64,000 nucleotides of DNA, taken from contig NC_043004.1 in assembly GCF_006345805.1 (NCBI RefSeq), positions 58,342,001-58,406,000 on the forward strand, written 5' to 3'. Positions 39,016 to 53,337 of the stretch are shown piece by piece. Source of the DNA: Octopus sinensis (taxonomy: Eukaryota). Under the pieces are notes generated by a model. It saw only the letters and a list, made by a program, of their open reading frames with translations, had not been told where the DNA came from and did no database searches. Every line of letters begins with the position of its first letter. Position 1 is the stretch's first letter. A program made the position numbers and the translations under genes.

Positions 39016-40160
39016 TAATATAATAAGCTGTGCTGTGTTGTTCATTCATGTCCATATCTTGAAGTTGTCTATTGTTGCACTATTGATTTAGTGGTTCAAG
39101 TAAACAAGGAGTATCTTGTGTTGAAACTACCTGTCTTCTCATTGTCTTGATGGTGTTTGCACATTGTGTAAAAGCAATGTCACCATCTGTATAGCAATGT
39201 CATTGTCTTAAAATTTGCCATGAAAGTATGTGCAGCCATTGAGCTGTTCATTGTTTGAAGGGCTTGGAAATATAGCTTGTTATTTGTAAAAAGTTAGCGG
39301 TTGGCTAAAAGAGAGCATCCTGTTGTAGAAAAATAACAGCCTTAATAAGATGCATCTGATCCACGCCAGCATGGCTAAGTAGACATTACAACGATGCTGC
39401 TAATGATGCTGCAAACGACGACGATAATGAGGAGGAGGAAAAAGACAAAACATATGTTTGAGTGCACATGCATATGTAGTTCAGTATCATTTTCATCATT
39501 ATTGTTTTTATGTCTGCTTTTCTCTGTCTGGCATGAGTTATATATATATATATATATATGAATTTTTCAATAACTCAGCAACTGATCTAACTTTGAATGT
39601 AGAACACATAAATTTCGAATTAAGTTTAAATAGTGGTAAGAATGAAGGCTACATGAAATATAATCATCAATACCCGTTTTCCTGTTTATGTGGATATCAG
39701 TTTCTCATCTTTTGCAAATGAAACTCAGAGCTGAAACTTAGCTCCTTGTGTAATATGACAGAGACTAAGCTTCTGTGACATATTCCTAAAACTACCTGTC
39801 AAAACCTAATTTAGTTCATATGTCTGGTATCATATAATGCATGCATGTTAATAAAACATTATAAAATGAAATGCGGTCAAATATGTTGATTTAAAGGCTA
39901 ACATTGACTTCTATGTCATGCATATTAATAAAATTTACTATAGTTGCACGGTAAATAGACGTTCCATGCAGATGTATTTTCCACCCTGTTTATTAGAAAT
40001 GAAACTTGATAAATAACTGGTTTAATTATTATCCATAACAGAGGAAATTGTGTGAAATGTACTATACAAAGAAACTTAAATGAATTTTTTTTCAGAGATA
40101 GCAACTAGTGACTGGTATCAAATGAAATCCATGGAAGGAAGGCATTTATGTCACCTGATT

Positions 40161-40550
40161 TTTTTTTGGAAGCACTCCGTCGGTTACAACAACCAGGATT
40201 CCGGTTGATCCGAATCAACGGAACAGCCTGCTCATGAAATTAACGTGTAAGTGGCTGAGCACTCTACAGACACGTGTACCCTTAACGTAGTTCTCGGGGA
40301 TATTCAGCGTGACACAGAGTGTGACAAGGCCGGCCCTTTGAAATACAGGTACAACAGAAACAGGAAGTAAGAGTGAGAGAAAGCTGTGGTGAAAGAGTAC
40401 AGCAGGGATCACCACCATCCTCTGCCGGAGCCTCGTGGAGCTTTAGGTGTTTTCGCTCAATAAACACCCACAACGCCCGGTCTGGGAATCGAAACCGCGA
40501 TCCTACGACCGCGAGTCCGCTGCCCTAACCACTGGGCCATTGCGCCTCCT
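40161..40550 (-). mobile_element. SINE family C, young full-length copy with 12-bp TSD
   Basis: tRNA-like head GGCGCAATGGCCCAGTGGTTAGGGCAGCGG..GGTTTCGATTCCC, CpGs intact, short oligo(A) tail, TGTCACCTGATT at 40149-40160 and 40551-40562. Confidence 0.92.
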
Positions 40551-40824
40551 TGTCACCTGATTAAATAGTAGTTGTTGTTGCTATTATTAAATAATTTGGT
40601 TGAGAAGGCATAACCATTGAGCCTCAAAGAACAAGCTTTTTTAAGATGGAATCATTTAATACAATCTGAAAGGCTTTTATTATTGATTTTGTCAGATGCT
40701 GTGACACTAAAAATGCAATGTTTATTGTATAAGGCTCCAGTAAATTTGGAGGCTATAGATATTAGTAGCTAAAAAAGTGCATTATGGGATTATTTTGCTG
40801 TTAAAATTATCTCTCTTTTCTCTT

Positions 40825-41227
40825 TCTCTTTTACTTGTTTCAGTCATTTGACTGCGGCCATGCTGGAGCACCGCCTTTAGTCGAGCAACTCGACCCTGGG
40901 ACTTATTCTTTTTGTAAGCCCAGTACTTATTCTATCGGTCTCTTTTTGCCCAACCGCTAAGTGACGGGGACGTAAACACACCAGCATCAGTTGTCAAGCA
41001 ATGCTAGGGGAACAAACACAGACACACAAACACACACACATACATATATATATATACATATATACGACAGGCTTCTTTCAGTTTCCGTCTACCAAATCCA
41101 CTCACAAGGCATTGGTCGGCCCGGGGCTATAGCAGAAGACACTTGCCCAAGATGCCACGCAGTGGGACTGAACCTGGAACCATGTGGTTGGTTAGCAAGC
41201 TACTTACCACACAGCCACTCCTGCGCC
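40825..41227 (-). mobile_element. SINE family A, full length
   Basis: Colinear with other copies. Confidence 0.9.
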
Positions 41228-42225
41228 ATGTTAATTTTTAGCAGTTATGGCTGTCCTGGATAGCAGGTTTATTTGTATCTTGAGTCTGAAATGAGTACTC
41301 AAGAAGTTTATGACTGTAAGAATTTATAGGAGGAAAATTTAGTTGCTACTACTGGCTGTTTGGTGGGAAATTGACATCCTTAAGTTTATGAACAGAGAAT
41401 GAAGAATGTAAAATATACAAGAACAAATAGTGATGATGATTGTCTCAAGTAATCTCCAGCTTTATATAGGAATTTTTATTAAAAAATTATTAAAATTTTA
41501 AAATGAAGGCTTTATGTCTAACCCTACTGATAATATTGATTGTTGATCTCAGGTTAGTTACACTTAATGCCCTAATAATTATAGATAAGTATACTAATTT
41601 TACGTTGTAACAAAGTATTTAGACAGTGTAATGAACCATTAAAAAAATCGGCTACCCTTACCATTTATCAAAACCTTAGAATTTCTTTAACCCATGTCAG
41701 CATGGTAAATTAGATGGAAATGTATTTAAAAGGCCTAAAGACATATTTCGAATAATTTTTTACTTAAAATTCTGAACCTCTTTATGTGTATTGTTATTAA
41801 TGTTGTGTCAGTGGTGTTTCTGGTATAATTGAAAATGTCATTTTATTAACAAATTCTTCATTTGTTTTCTTTTCTGCTTTTTAATATTTCAAACCTGAAG
41901 AAACCAAATAATGTGTTATATTCATGTTTACCTACATTGTATTTTTAGCAGTTAATAATATTTTTTTCAAGAAATATCTGTGTTCTTTAAATCTTTATTG
42001 CAGATGTAATTTTTCAATTGTTTATTGTATTTTGTCAAATTAAAATGGCAAAATCTTATTAAGATACCTATTTTCCATCACATCATTTCACAAATTCCAT
42101 TTTATTTTAGTTATTTTTTCTAATAGCATGTCTGACATTTTCTGCTTTTTATATATATATATTTTTTTTCTATATACACACATATATATATATATATATA
42201 TATGCATATATATATATAAATATGA

Positions 42226-42288
<63 letters not shown>

Positions 42289-43140
42289 CATATATCTATA
42301 TATATATATATATATACACATACATATATATCTATATATATATATATATATACATATATATTATATATATATATATGTATAGGTATGTATGTATATGTAT
42401 ATATAGAGATATAGGTATATAGATATAGATATATATATATTAGTTCATTACAATGCACATTTTCTTTTCCAAGTAATAAGTACATTAATTCCTTTCTTGT
42501 TCTTCACACATCTTAAAGCATCTCTCACTCTAGTTTGACAATTTCTTTTCTGACTTGACAGCTTGATATTTGCATGAATTAAGATTAGCACCACTTTAGC
42601 AATTTTTGGCCCCTAAGACACTTAGGTCATCCTTCTTTCAAATAGACCACACACATACAAGATTGTAATGCAATTAAGCCCCATTTTAATAATATCCACC
42701 AAGTGTTTTTTATATTGCTGCTTGTTTTATCCAACCCATTTGTAAATGCTTTTTTATTGTGTGTTAGTTATATGCTTGCTTTCAATATATTACATATTTC
42801 TGAATAACATGTTCTTTACTATTACAAAAATTTGCACATTGTAAATCACCAATCACCAAACTCGGTTCACACAGGGTAAATATATTAAATGCATTTTAAT
42901 AAATTATCAAATAACATTAATAAATTTGATTATTACATATATATTATATATACACTTAAGCAAAAAATCACAACATAATTAACAATTAGTTACTAATCAC
43001 ACTATATTGAAACAAACGTACAAAATTCCAGTGACAGGTGACTTTACTCATCAAAATGTTATCAACATAAAATTATATGAAAAAAATATATACGATATGT
43101 AAGGTAAGCAACAAGCATCATTTGAACTCACACACATGCA

Positions 43141-43184
<44 letters not shown>

Positions 43185-43531
43185 TACACATATACATACC
43201 TACACACATACATACATAATGTAAATGATGGTCTACATACATATGCCTATTCATAAGTATACATCTACTAATACACACACAAAATATATGAAGTATGAAA
43301 GTGAAAGTAAATGTGCTAATTGTATGGCCTGTAATTTAGAATCTTTTATAATGTGAAAAAGAAGAATGCGTAAAGAATTCATGCTGTTTTGGCAAAATTT
43401 CTTGTGAAGGGTCTCTATTGTTATAAAAATCACGTAGTTAACGTACAGAAATTAGATGAGAGGAGTATATGAAATTTAATAAATCTTTCATCATTATACT
43501 TCCCACTCTTGACTTTTGTATAGACACATAT

Positions 43532-43572
<41 letters not shown>

Positions 43573-43833
43573 TGCACATATATATATATATATATATATA
43601 CGTGTGTGTGTGTCTATATATACATGTATATATATATATATGTATATATATATGTGTGTGTGTATGTATGTGTATATGTGTCTAGACAAAATTCAAGATT
43701 GAGAAGTACAGTGTTAAAAATTTATTCAATTTCATATCACATTCATCAGATCTGATACACACACACACAAAATATATATATATATTTATAACACATGCAT
43801 ATATATACTGTGTGTATATGTACATGTATATAT

Positions 43834-44460
43834 ATCATCATCATCATCGTCGTTTAACGTCCGCTTTCCATGCTGGCATGGGTTGGATGGTTAGACTGAG
43901 GACTGGCGAGCCAGAAGGCTGCACCAGGCTCCAATCTGATCTGGCAGAGTTTCTACAGCTTGGATGCCCTTCCTAATGCCAACCACTCCAAGAGTGTAGT
44001 GGCTGCTTTTACATGCCACCAACACGAGGGCCAGTCAGACAGTTCTGGCAACGACCATGCTCAAAAGGTGTTTTTTACGTGCTACCTGCACAGGAGCCAG
44101 TCTGGCGGCACTGGCAACGACCACACTCAAATGTTGTTTTTCACATGCCACCAGCACATGTGCCAATAAGGTAATGCTGGCAAGGATCATGCTCGAATGG
44201 TGCGTTTTATGTGCCACCGGCATGGGAGCCAATCAGCAGCCCTGGCAACGATCACGCTTGGATGGTATTTTTAATGTTCCACTGGCACAAGTGCCAATCA
44301 GGCGATACTGTCATCAGCTACATCAGCGATTTTGATTTTGATTTCACTTGCCTTAACAGGTCTTTGCAAGCAAAGTTTATTGCCCAATGAATGAGGGGTA
44401 CTCATGAGTGGCTGGTTACACCCACTGGCATAGACCATGGGTTATGATCTCACTTGGCTT
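43834..44460 (-). mobile_element. Family B, longest copy, extends 5' of the tandem units
   Basis: (CAT)n start on +, 4-5 diverged units, then a block shared with 55529-55570. Confidence 0.8.
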
Positions 44461-45144
44461 GCACATATGTACATACACACACACGCATGTGACATTTCGA
44501 ATTAAAATTCCTCATCAAATAACCAGTATTCAGAACATCATGTGTATTCCAATTCTTGTTATTGTTCTCATATCATTTAGTATGAAACTGTAGCTGAGTA
44601 TGTCACGTAGAAAACAAAACATAAGAGATAGTTTACAGAATATTCAGTTGCACCATCTTGTATATATTTCATTAACAAAAGATAATTATTGCATAAAGTA
44701 AAATACATAATGAAAATGCATTCTCAAATCCTCAGAGATGTATAAACTTATGCATAATTTTATAGAATTATTGATCTGAAATTACCATGATGGAGATATC
44801 AGCCATAATGATGATAACTTCTTCCAATAATGCAGTAATGCTATTTATAAAGATTACATATCTCTGAAGATTTAGCAATGCATTTTGATAAAGTAATTTA
44901 CAGTAACTTATAAACTTTCTTTGTTACTGCATTATACATAAGATAGTGTAGCTCAATAGTTTATAAGAATTATCTCATATTTTGTTTTGCTTCATATACT
45001 AAGTGTATTCTATTAACAAATGAAAATTATTTGCTATAGAATATGAATTACATAATCAAATGATTATATATTTTTATGTGTTATATATGAGTGTCAGTAT
45101 ACATATACACACACATAAACATGAATATATATATAATATAATAT

Positions 45145-45187
<43 letters not shown>

Positions 45188-45255
45188 ATATATATATATA
45201 TACATATATATAATATATATATTATATTATATATATATATATAATATATATATAC

Positions 45256-45286
<31 letters not shown>

Positions 45287-45356
45287 CAATATATATATAT
45301 ATAATATAATATATATATATAATATAATATATATAATGTATATATAATATAATATG

Positions 45357-45406
<50 letters not shown>

Positions 45407-45426
45407 TATATATAACAATTATATAT

Positions 45427-45464
<38 letters not shown>

Positions 45465-45592
45465 AGTGTATAAAACTCTCAGACCTTGAGTGACTCTGTT
45501 ACTACTTCTAAACATTAATAAAAATATACATATTCTCATATTTTGAGTTCTATTTTTCTTGTTTGGATCAACATACCTGTATGCATATATAT

Positions 45593-45887
45593 GTTTGTTC
45601 CTTCTCGATCCCTGCCTGGCTCATTAGGGCCAGTTTCTCGGTTTTCTTGGTGTATAGGTTCCCCACGTAGATGGGACGCCGGTCCATTGCAGGTGAACTG
45701 CAAGATGCCGGAGGAAAAATTGAGAGAAAGTTGTGGCAAAAGAGTCAGCAGAAGTTCGCCATTACCTTCTGCCGGAGCCGTGTGGAGCTTAAGTGTTTTG
45801 CTCATAAACACACACATCACCCGGTCTGAGATTCGAAGGCACGATCCCTCGACCATGACTCCACTGCTCTAACGACTAGGCCATGTG
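45593..45887 (-). mobile_element. SINE with family C-like 5' half but a different 3' half; head-only copy at 46273-46363 (+)
   Basis: Shares head and AAAACACTTAAGCTCCAC..GGCTCCGGCAGA with family C, then CCTGCAATGGACCGGCGTCCCATC instead. Confidence 0.75.
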
Positions 45888-45893
45888 GATATA

Positions 45894-45961
<68 letters not shown>

Positions 45962-45962
<1 letters not shown>

Positions 45963-46240
45963 ACGGGAAGCTTTATGAAAATAAACAAAAGACGAAGGCA
46001 GGTGGAAGACAAACGAACAATTGTATTAGTATGGCGCTCAGGAAATATAAATAAAACAAGTCTTTAACGTTTCGAGCCTACGCTCTTCAACAGAAAGATA
46101 CACAGAGAGAGAAAAACACAGAAAGAAGGAGAGAAAAAAAATGCATGCAGTAGCTAACGAATCAACATGGCGATCTGATTTCGGCCAGAGGTCAAAGATC
46201 AAACATGAGACGCGAGAGCGAAATAAGGGGAGTAAAAGTG
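45962..46240 (-). mobile_element. Family E Penelope-like 3' fragment with variant hammerhead (46061-46098), ending in (TA)n
   Basis: Minus strand: TCTTT-CTGTTGA-A-GAGC-GTAG-GCTC-GAA-ACGT-T-AAAGA; flanks homologous to 14186-14411. Confidence 0.65.
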
Positions 46241-46382
46241 CGTGGGAGGGGTCTGCACAAATATATGCACATGGAAGCACATGGCCAAGTGGTTAAAGCA
46301 GTGGACTCATGGTCGAGGGATTGTGAGTTTGAATCTCAGACCGGTCGATGTGTGTGTTTATGATCCATCAACCATATATATA

Positions 46383-46422
<40 letters not shown>

Positions 46423-47114
46423 TGTATGTACATACACATGCACATATGTACCTATGTAGATTTTTCATGTGCTCATATATGTGTGTGCATGTGTAAATAT
46501 ATAACATAAGCAATGCACATGCTATTTGCATAGTATATGCAAATATGCACACATATCCAGACATATACATGCAAATACACTTATGTCCACATACACATAT
46601 GCAGACACACACACATCATTTAATGTGCTCAGCTAATATTTTCTGTGTCACAGCTCAGACTTGTGATTCACTTTTACTCATTTCATCAGTGACTATTTCA
46701 GTTGTTTCAGAAATTTTGGAAATATTCTGACACTGATGAGTATAAACTCCCCTACCTGATGTACTTACCACAAAATATTTAATGGAAGTTCAGTGAAAGC
46801 TAGTTAATGCTGTTAGGGTAGCATACACCAACAAATTTTCAACCACTACTTAATTCCTGCAATACTACGCAACCTATTCAACCAATATGAGACTGTAGAA
46901 ATATATTAATCAGCTCCCTTAACCTAAGTTGTACCAGATGGTACAGATAGTTATATATCAACCTGACTAGAAACACCTTCAAAACACAGCGTATATAGCA
47001 TTTCTATTCACTCCCATATAAAAGCTAAAAGAACAACATTTTAGCATCAGTGTACATATGATACATCAAAAACAGAGGAGAAAACAAAATCATTATATAA
47101 AGTAGTAAGCGAAC

Positions 47115-47472
47115 CATCCAATCGTGGCCGTTGCCAGCGCCTCTCCGACTGGCCTCCGTGCCGGTGGCACGTAAAAAGCACCATCCGTTCATGGCCGTTG
47201 CCAGCCTCGCCTGGCCCCTGTGCCGGTGGCACGTAAAAAGCACCATCCGTCCATGGCCGTTTGCCAGCTCCGTCTGGCACCTGTGCGGGTGGCACGTAAA
47301 AAGCACCCACTTCACTCACGGAGTGGTTGGTGTTAGGAAGGGCATCCAGCCTTAGAAACACTGCCGGATCAGACTGGGCCTGATGCAGCCTTCTGGCTTC
47401 ACAGACCCCAGTTGAACTGTTCAACCCATGCTAGCATGGAAAGTGGACGCTAAATGATGATGATGATGATGA
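47115..47472 (+). mobile_element. Family B, three units
   Basis: Units at 47164, 47226, 47289. Confidence 0.85.
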
Positions 47473-49389
47473 AAGGTGTGTTCTTGAAGATTCTAAACTA
47501 TAACACAGATATAGCAGTAGATACAGTTTTTGCATACATAAAAACCTTACAATATCAGCTATATCTGCGATGTTCGTGATTAGAAGAGGGAAACAGCTAT
47601 TTCTACTGATCTGAGAAGCAATATTCAGGCTTGAATTTTGAACACAGGTGTGTCAACAGGCATATTTGAATTATAAGCAAGATAAATGTATAATTAAAAT
47701 TCAAATTTCAGCAGAAGCATGAAGTCATCTCCCTTGTAAAAACAAAGAAATGTTTTAAGAGTGATTTCCCCTGATAATTTATTAATTCTATATATGTTAT
47801 GAAGCACCTTCTATAATGAGAGGCTTGCTCAATAAATGGTTGTATGGTAAGCATATTTACCATATACAACCAGATAGTATGAAATAGATATTATCAATAT
47901 GGCAAAAGAAAATACCTGAGTGGAGGAAATTAGAATATAACATTAAGTGAAATTATACATGCAATTAGAAGAATTTCCATATGGGAACACTAAAATTCTA
48001 AAATCAGCTAACAAGGGAGTTAATTCTGAAGAGATCAGTTAATTGAAATTTTGAATATTGTTAAAACTGAATATTTAAGATAAATTTAAGTATTTAAAGA
48101 ATTTCAGGCCTGGAAAAAATACCCCTAGATGAAATGTGTAAAATTCTTAGTTGAGACACAGGTAGCAACAGCATAGTTCAATTGAGTACTTATAATCTAC
48201 AAGTTGTACTTCATAATGTTTTAAATTCATAAAATAAATATTGTGTGTGTGTGTGTGTGTTTATGAGTATTGTGCTTGCACATTCTCTTGAGGTCATCTG
48301 CTCTCTAGACAGGTGCTATCTTTAATCCCACTGAAATCTAATCTCTGACAACATAAATTTACCGAAGGTTGCAATAGTTTCCAATGTTTGGTTACCAGTA
48401 ACCGATCTCTGATTATCAGAGCTTTGATCTGACTACAATCTATATATATATATATAAACACACACACACACACAAACACACACATATATACATGCCTCAG
48501 AGTGTGTGAGAGAGAGAGAAAAAATGGCAAGGACATGGTGCATTAAACAAATGCCCTCAATATATGTTGTAGAGTTTTATCCTATGCCATTACTCCAAGT
48601 TTCGTCTTTCTCATCCTTGGACAACAGTGAAAGCTGGAGCAAGTCCATCACACACACACACACACTCATGTATGTGTGTGTGTGTGTGTACAGGGGTGAG
48701 AAAAACAGATACAGAGAGATGTTTCCATAATAAAATAAATTCTACAGATATCTTTAAACATGATGCTAGGGGACTTGATTGAATGCCAAGAGGGGATTAT
48801 TATGTTGCTTTATATTCTTATATAATGACTTGGTTTAATAATAAACACTTTTATTTTGTTGTTAAAAACACAAACATAAAAACAACCATTACTAATTATG
48901 ACTTATAGCCATATCATGGTTTCTATAACTCTTACATCTACTTTTCTTTGTAACCACCAGATTACAGAACATTGGATCCTGTCATAGGGCTTCTATAGTT
49001 TGATGAATGTTAGGTATAGTGGTTTATTCTAAGCTAAGAACCTTTGCTGTAGTCATCATATTTGGTTGAAGCATAGTGCCCTAACACAAGCACAAACTGT
49101 ATCTCATCTAAGCTATTTGTCTTTCTAATTAGTCATGTGATAACTTTTTCCCGTACTTTCATCATTTCATCCATTAGTGTTTGACGTTTCTTGCTAGAGT
49201 CTTGGCCTTGTAGGCCTTGTGGTAGACGATGATTCCACTACTCTAATTGTTTATGACATTTCCCTGGTTAACAAGGGATTTGCTATGTTTTCCCTCGACC
49301 TACTAAAATTAGCTGCTTTGTCTCTCAAAAAAATAATGCATTTGATAATATGGCTCTGGATTCTTTTCACATAATAAAATTATATTATG

Positions 49390-49853
49390 ATCGTTGCCAG
49401 CGCTGCCCCGACTGGCCTCCGTGCCGGTGGCACGTAAAAGCACTATCCGTTCATGTCCGTTGCCAGCCTCGCCTGGCCCCCGTGTCGGTGGCACGTAAAA
49501 GCACCATCTGTTCGTGTCCGTTGCCAGCCTCGCCTGGCCTCCATGCCGGTGGCATGTAAAAGCACCATCTGTTCGTGTCCGTTGCCAGCCTCGCCTGGGC
49601 CCCATGCCGGTTGCACGTAAAAGCACCATCTGTTCTTGGCCGTTTGCCAGCTCTGTCTGGCTCCTGTGCGGGTGGCACGTAAAAAGCACCCACTACACTC
49701 GCGGAGTGGTTGGCGTTAGGAAGGGCATCCAGCCGTAGAAACACTGCCGGATCAGACTGGGCCTGATGCAGCCTTCTGGCTTCACAGACCCCAGTTGAAC
49801 CGTCCAACCCACGCTAGCATGGAAAACGGACGCTAAATGATGATGATGATGAT
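49390..49853 (+). mobile_element. Family B LINE-type 3' end with five 61-bp tandem units and (GAT)n tail
   Basis: GTGGCACGTAAAA-type motif at 49427, 49488, 49549, 49610, 49672; tail GGACGCTAAATGATGATGAT. Confidence 0.85.
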
Positions 49854-49857
49854 CTCT

Positions 49858-50065
49858 ACTGGAATACCTTTGATTATGTTTTCTTGATGAGGGCTGACTA
49901 GCACATGGCAGACTTCACCAGATATTCTCAGCATGTAAGCAACTATCGCTGATGGTCCCACTGCTTTTTCCTGGTTTCATAACCTTAATCACGTTTTGTA
50001 ACATTGTGCAGTTTTGTTAACTTCATTAGCTGGTTTTTCTCTTGGGTCTTCTTAGAACATTCTCA

Positions 50066-50140
<75 letters not shown>

Positions 50141-50560
50141 GCTTTCTCTTTATTCAGCAATTTCTCAAAATAACATTTCTATACCGCTTTCTTTTCTTCT
50201 TAGTGTCAATGAGGTCAAGTACCCAGCTAATGTTCCATTATCACTTTTCCCCAACTTCTTGATTTGCACTGACATAACACACTACTTTGCAACCAGGAAT
50301 ACCTCATCTCTAATTTTCTCATCATAGAAGATTGGCAAACTTGTAACTTTCAGTTTTTATCCTTGCTATGTATACTGAAGTCTAACTTCCTTTCTAGTCA
50401 CCTGATATTGTTATTTACTTGCCATTTATTTCTTTATTTTCAAGATATTCTTTTAGCTTGGCTCTACCTTCCACCACTGTCCTCTTCCTGCTGGATGATT
50501 CTTTGTTCCAGCTACAGACTAGATTTATAGCTTACAGCTAACTGTTATGTAGAAACACTC
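49858..50560 (-). pseudogene. RTE-like LINE relic (EN-RT linker to RT start) split by (CT)n
   Basis: Frameshifted remnants RDEVFLVAK..SDNGTLA and GKAVGPSAIVAYMLRISGEV..IIKGIP. Confidence 0.6.
50069..50137. repeat. (CT)n microsatellite; another at about 60500-60625
   Basis: Directly visible. Confidence 0.97.
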
Positions 50561-53337
50561 AGTTGTCCTGTATGTCATAAATTTCTATTTACCTTTCATT
50601 TTCATCATATATGTCAACTAGTCCTTTATTCAGGTAATAACTGAAAGAATTTATTGAATGTAAGTTGAATATGAGAAGTTAACTGGAAAACAGGTAGGAG
50701 ACAGATTGCCAGGTTTCTTTCTGTGGAAAGGAAGGCTGAGACACCTGGAATTGAGATTTAGAAACTCTTCTTGCATATTATCCTTTCTTCTTTTCTCATT
50801 ATAGTATAATATATCCTTATCCCTAATCCACCCCTCCTCCCCTTCCTCATCATCATCATCAAAATTTACCCAATATGTAATATGTATGAATCTACTGCTG
50901 AATATATTTCCAGATGTGAAATTTACTCCAAGTTTGTATTGTGCTTTTTTTTTCGTTTGTTTTCCAGAGGATGTTGTTAATAAAAACAGAATTAAAATCC
51001 AGACTTTAAAATTTCATGGAAAATTCATGCCCTCTTTGGTATTGAGTGAGATGCTCAGTAAACTTGCTTAGTATGATTATTGGTGTTTTTGGCTCTATTT
51101 TCGAAGTCAATTAGTCTCATGTCAATATGATATAGACTTTTTTCCTGACTCTTTTACATTCAAAGAGGCTTCTGTAACCATAATGTTATCAATGTTTCTT
51201 TATGTCATTTTGATGACTGTAGAAAATTAATTTGTGACTGCTAACATATTTTGACCTCTGCCAATTTTTGTATTTGGTCAGACTTAAAATATTCAGTTAG
51301 CCAGGTTGTATTAGCTTGTTCATCAGATGTGAATTAATTGCTCTTAGATATCTGTCTAGTTAAACATTTTCTTATAAATGACTTTGCAAGTAGAATATGT
51401 ATAGATATATAATGAATATTTTCCCTTTTATCCTTTCGTTATTTTCCCTCACGTCATAGCATGAATTAGAAACTCTTGTGTTTCTAGAGAAACTATTTTT
51501 ATAGGTGAATATCTTTCATAGTATAAACCATATCACAAGTAAGAATCTCTATGAATTGTTGCTGGGCATACTAGCGAATCAGCTTTAGCTGAGCAGTTCT
51601 AGATCACAAAAGATAATTCATCAAATATTTAGGAAAACTAATAAACATCTCATGCCAAGTGTGATTTTGATTTTGACTTTATTATTGTAGTTTGTTCCTG
51701 CAAATTATTTCACTTCCTTCAGAAGGACAACTGCCAAACAACAATATTACTACAAGTCAAGCAAACTCTCAACCTTCTGCTGTTTTACTATTGACAGAGT
51801 AGTGTATATTTCACCTTCTCAGAAATTCAATAAAATTGTTACAGCAAGTATTGAGTTTATATAATGCTGGAATTATAACTAGGGAAGAGTGAGTATAAGC
51901 AGCAGAGAATGCCTAAAACAAGGTCTATGTTAGGACTGGGTAATCCTAGACATTCATTCCTTATGCCTTTGCATCACATCTTTAGAATTTAATCAATATC
52001 TCCACTCCTAAAATTGATAACCTAGCCAACATAAATAGATCTATAAAACTTTGTAAATTAGCTAAATAATTCTTCAAGCTATTGACCTTATCTTTGGAGA
52101 TGTAAGGAATTTTTAGTATTTCTATCTGCACTATTTTTCAATTAGTTTTTATCTCCATTCATCACTGGTTGTCTTATTCCTCTTGGATGTGTACATAGTA
52201 TCTGACTAGCTTTGAACTAGGAACCTCTGTTCCTAAACACTGTCCTTATCTACTCAGCCACTGATGCAGGGATCAGTTCAGTACTATGCACACACCCAGT
52301 AAGATGTCTTGTGAGAGTCAGGAATCAGACAGGTTAGGATGTAGTATAGATCTGAACATTGAAAATGTATACATCTTTGAAGATTCAATTGATGGCCTGA
52401 AATATTATAATCTTATTAACAAAATCCACATTTGGATATTTTTTATCATTTAGATTTTTTAACTTTGTCAAAGATTATTATTATTATTATTTGTAGATGC
52501 TATCAAAATAGTTATGTATAAAATCACTAGGAACACCACTATCATCCCATCATTTTTGTGCAGGAAGGAACAGCTTTATAATGTATACACTTTTTTATGT
52601 CTAATGGCGTTAGGAAGGGCATCCAGCTGTAGAAACACTGCCAGATCTGACTGGCCTGGTGCAGCCTTCGGGCTCCCCAGACCCCAGTTGAACCGTCCAA
52701 CCCATGCTAGCATGGAAAGCGGACGTTAAACGATGATGATGATGTAACTTATACATCTTAAACAACATTCCTGTTTTTATTGTATCTCATGAAAATGGTT
52801 GTCATCTTTGGTAAGGAAATATCAGTTGGCTCTTCTTCTTTTAATATTCTGTAGTAAAATGTCTTATATAGGGAAACATCTTACACTATTCTATTCTTAG
52901 AGAGCTGAGAGGGTTTTCAGCAGCTATGAACCTAGTTTTCTCCTCCACAATTAAAGTTTGGAATCATTCATCTAGATCATCATTTTTGCCTGCTTAGCTG
53001 TTAAATGCAAAGACAATAATCATATGGGTCTTCACTGAAGTAGATCTGGGTTTAATATCATAGTTTCTACTCTGATTAAAAATTCTTTCTCCATTAGTAT
53101 GTGTGTTATTTTTATATAGGTTCCAAACAAAAAGAGAATTTGTTTTCATAATTCAGAATTTGTTCTCATAATGTTTAATTGTATTTCTATTGAATTTGAA
53201 GGTTAAAAATAATTAAATATAAGAAAAAAGAAATATTATCAAGGTAATGCAACTAAATAGTCATTTTTATAGTTAATAATTAAAATTAATAAAAACTTGG
53301 AGAATGAAAGCTAGAATACTTACTAAAATATGACTAA

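Noticed and set aside
40470-40550. tRNA genes at SINE heads (families A, C, D)
   Set aside because: No complete acceptor stem; each continues into a repeated SINE body.
49390-49690. CRISPR-like regular repeat array
   Set aside because: Whole units repeat with no unique spacers; eukaryotic context; part of a retroelement end.
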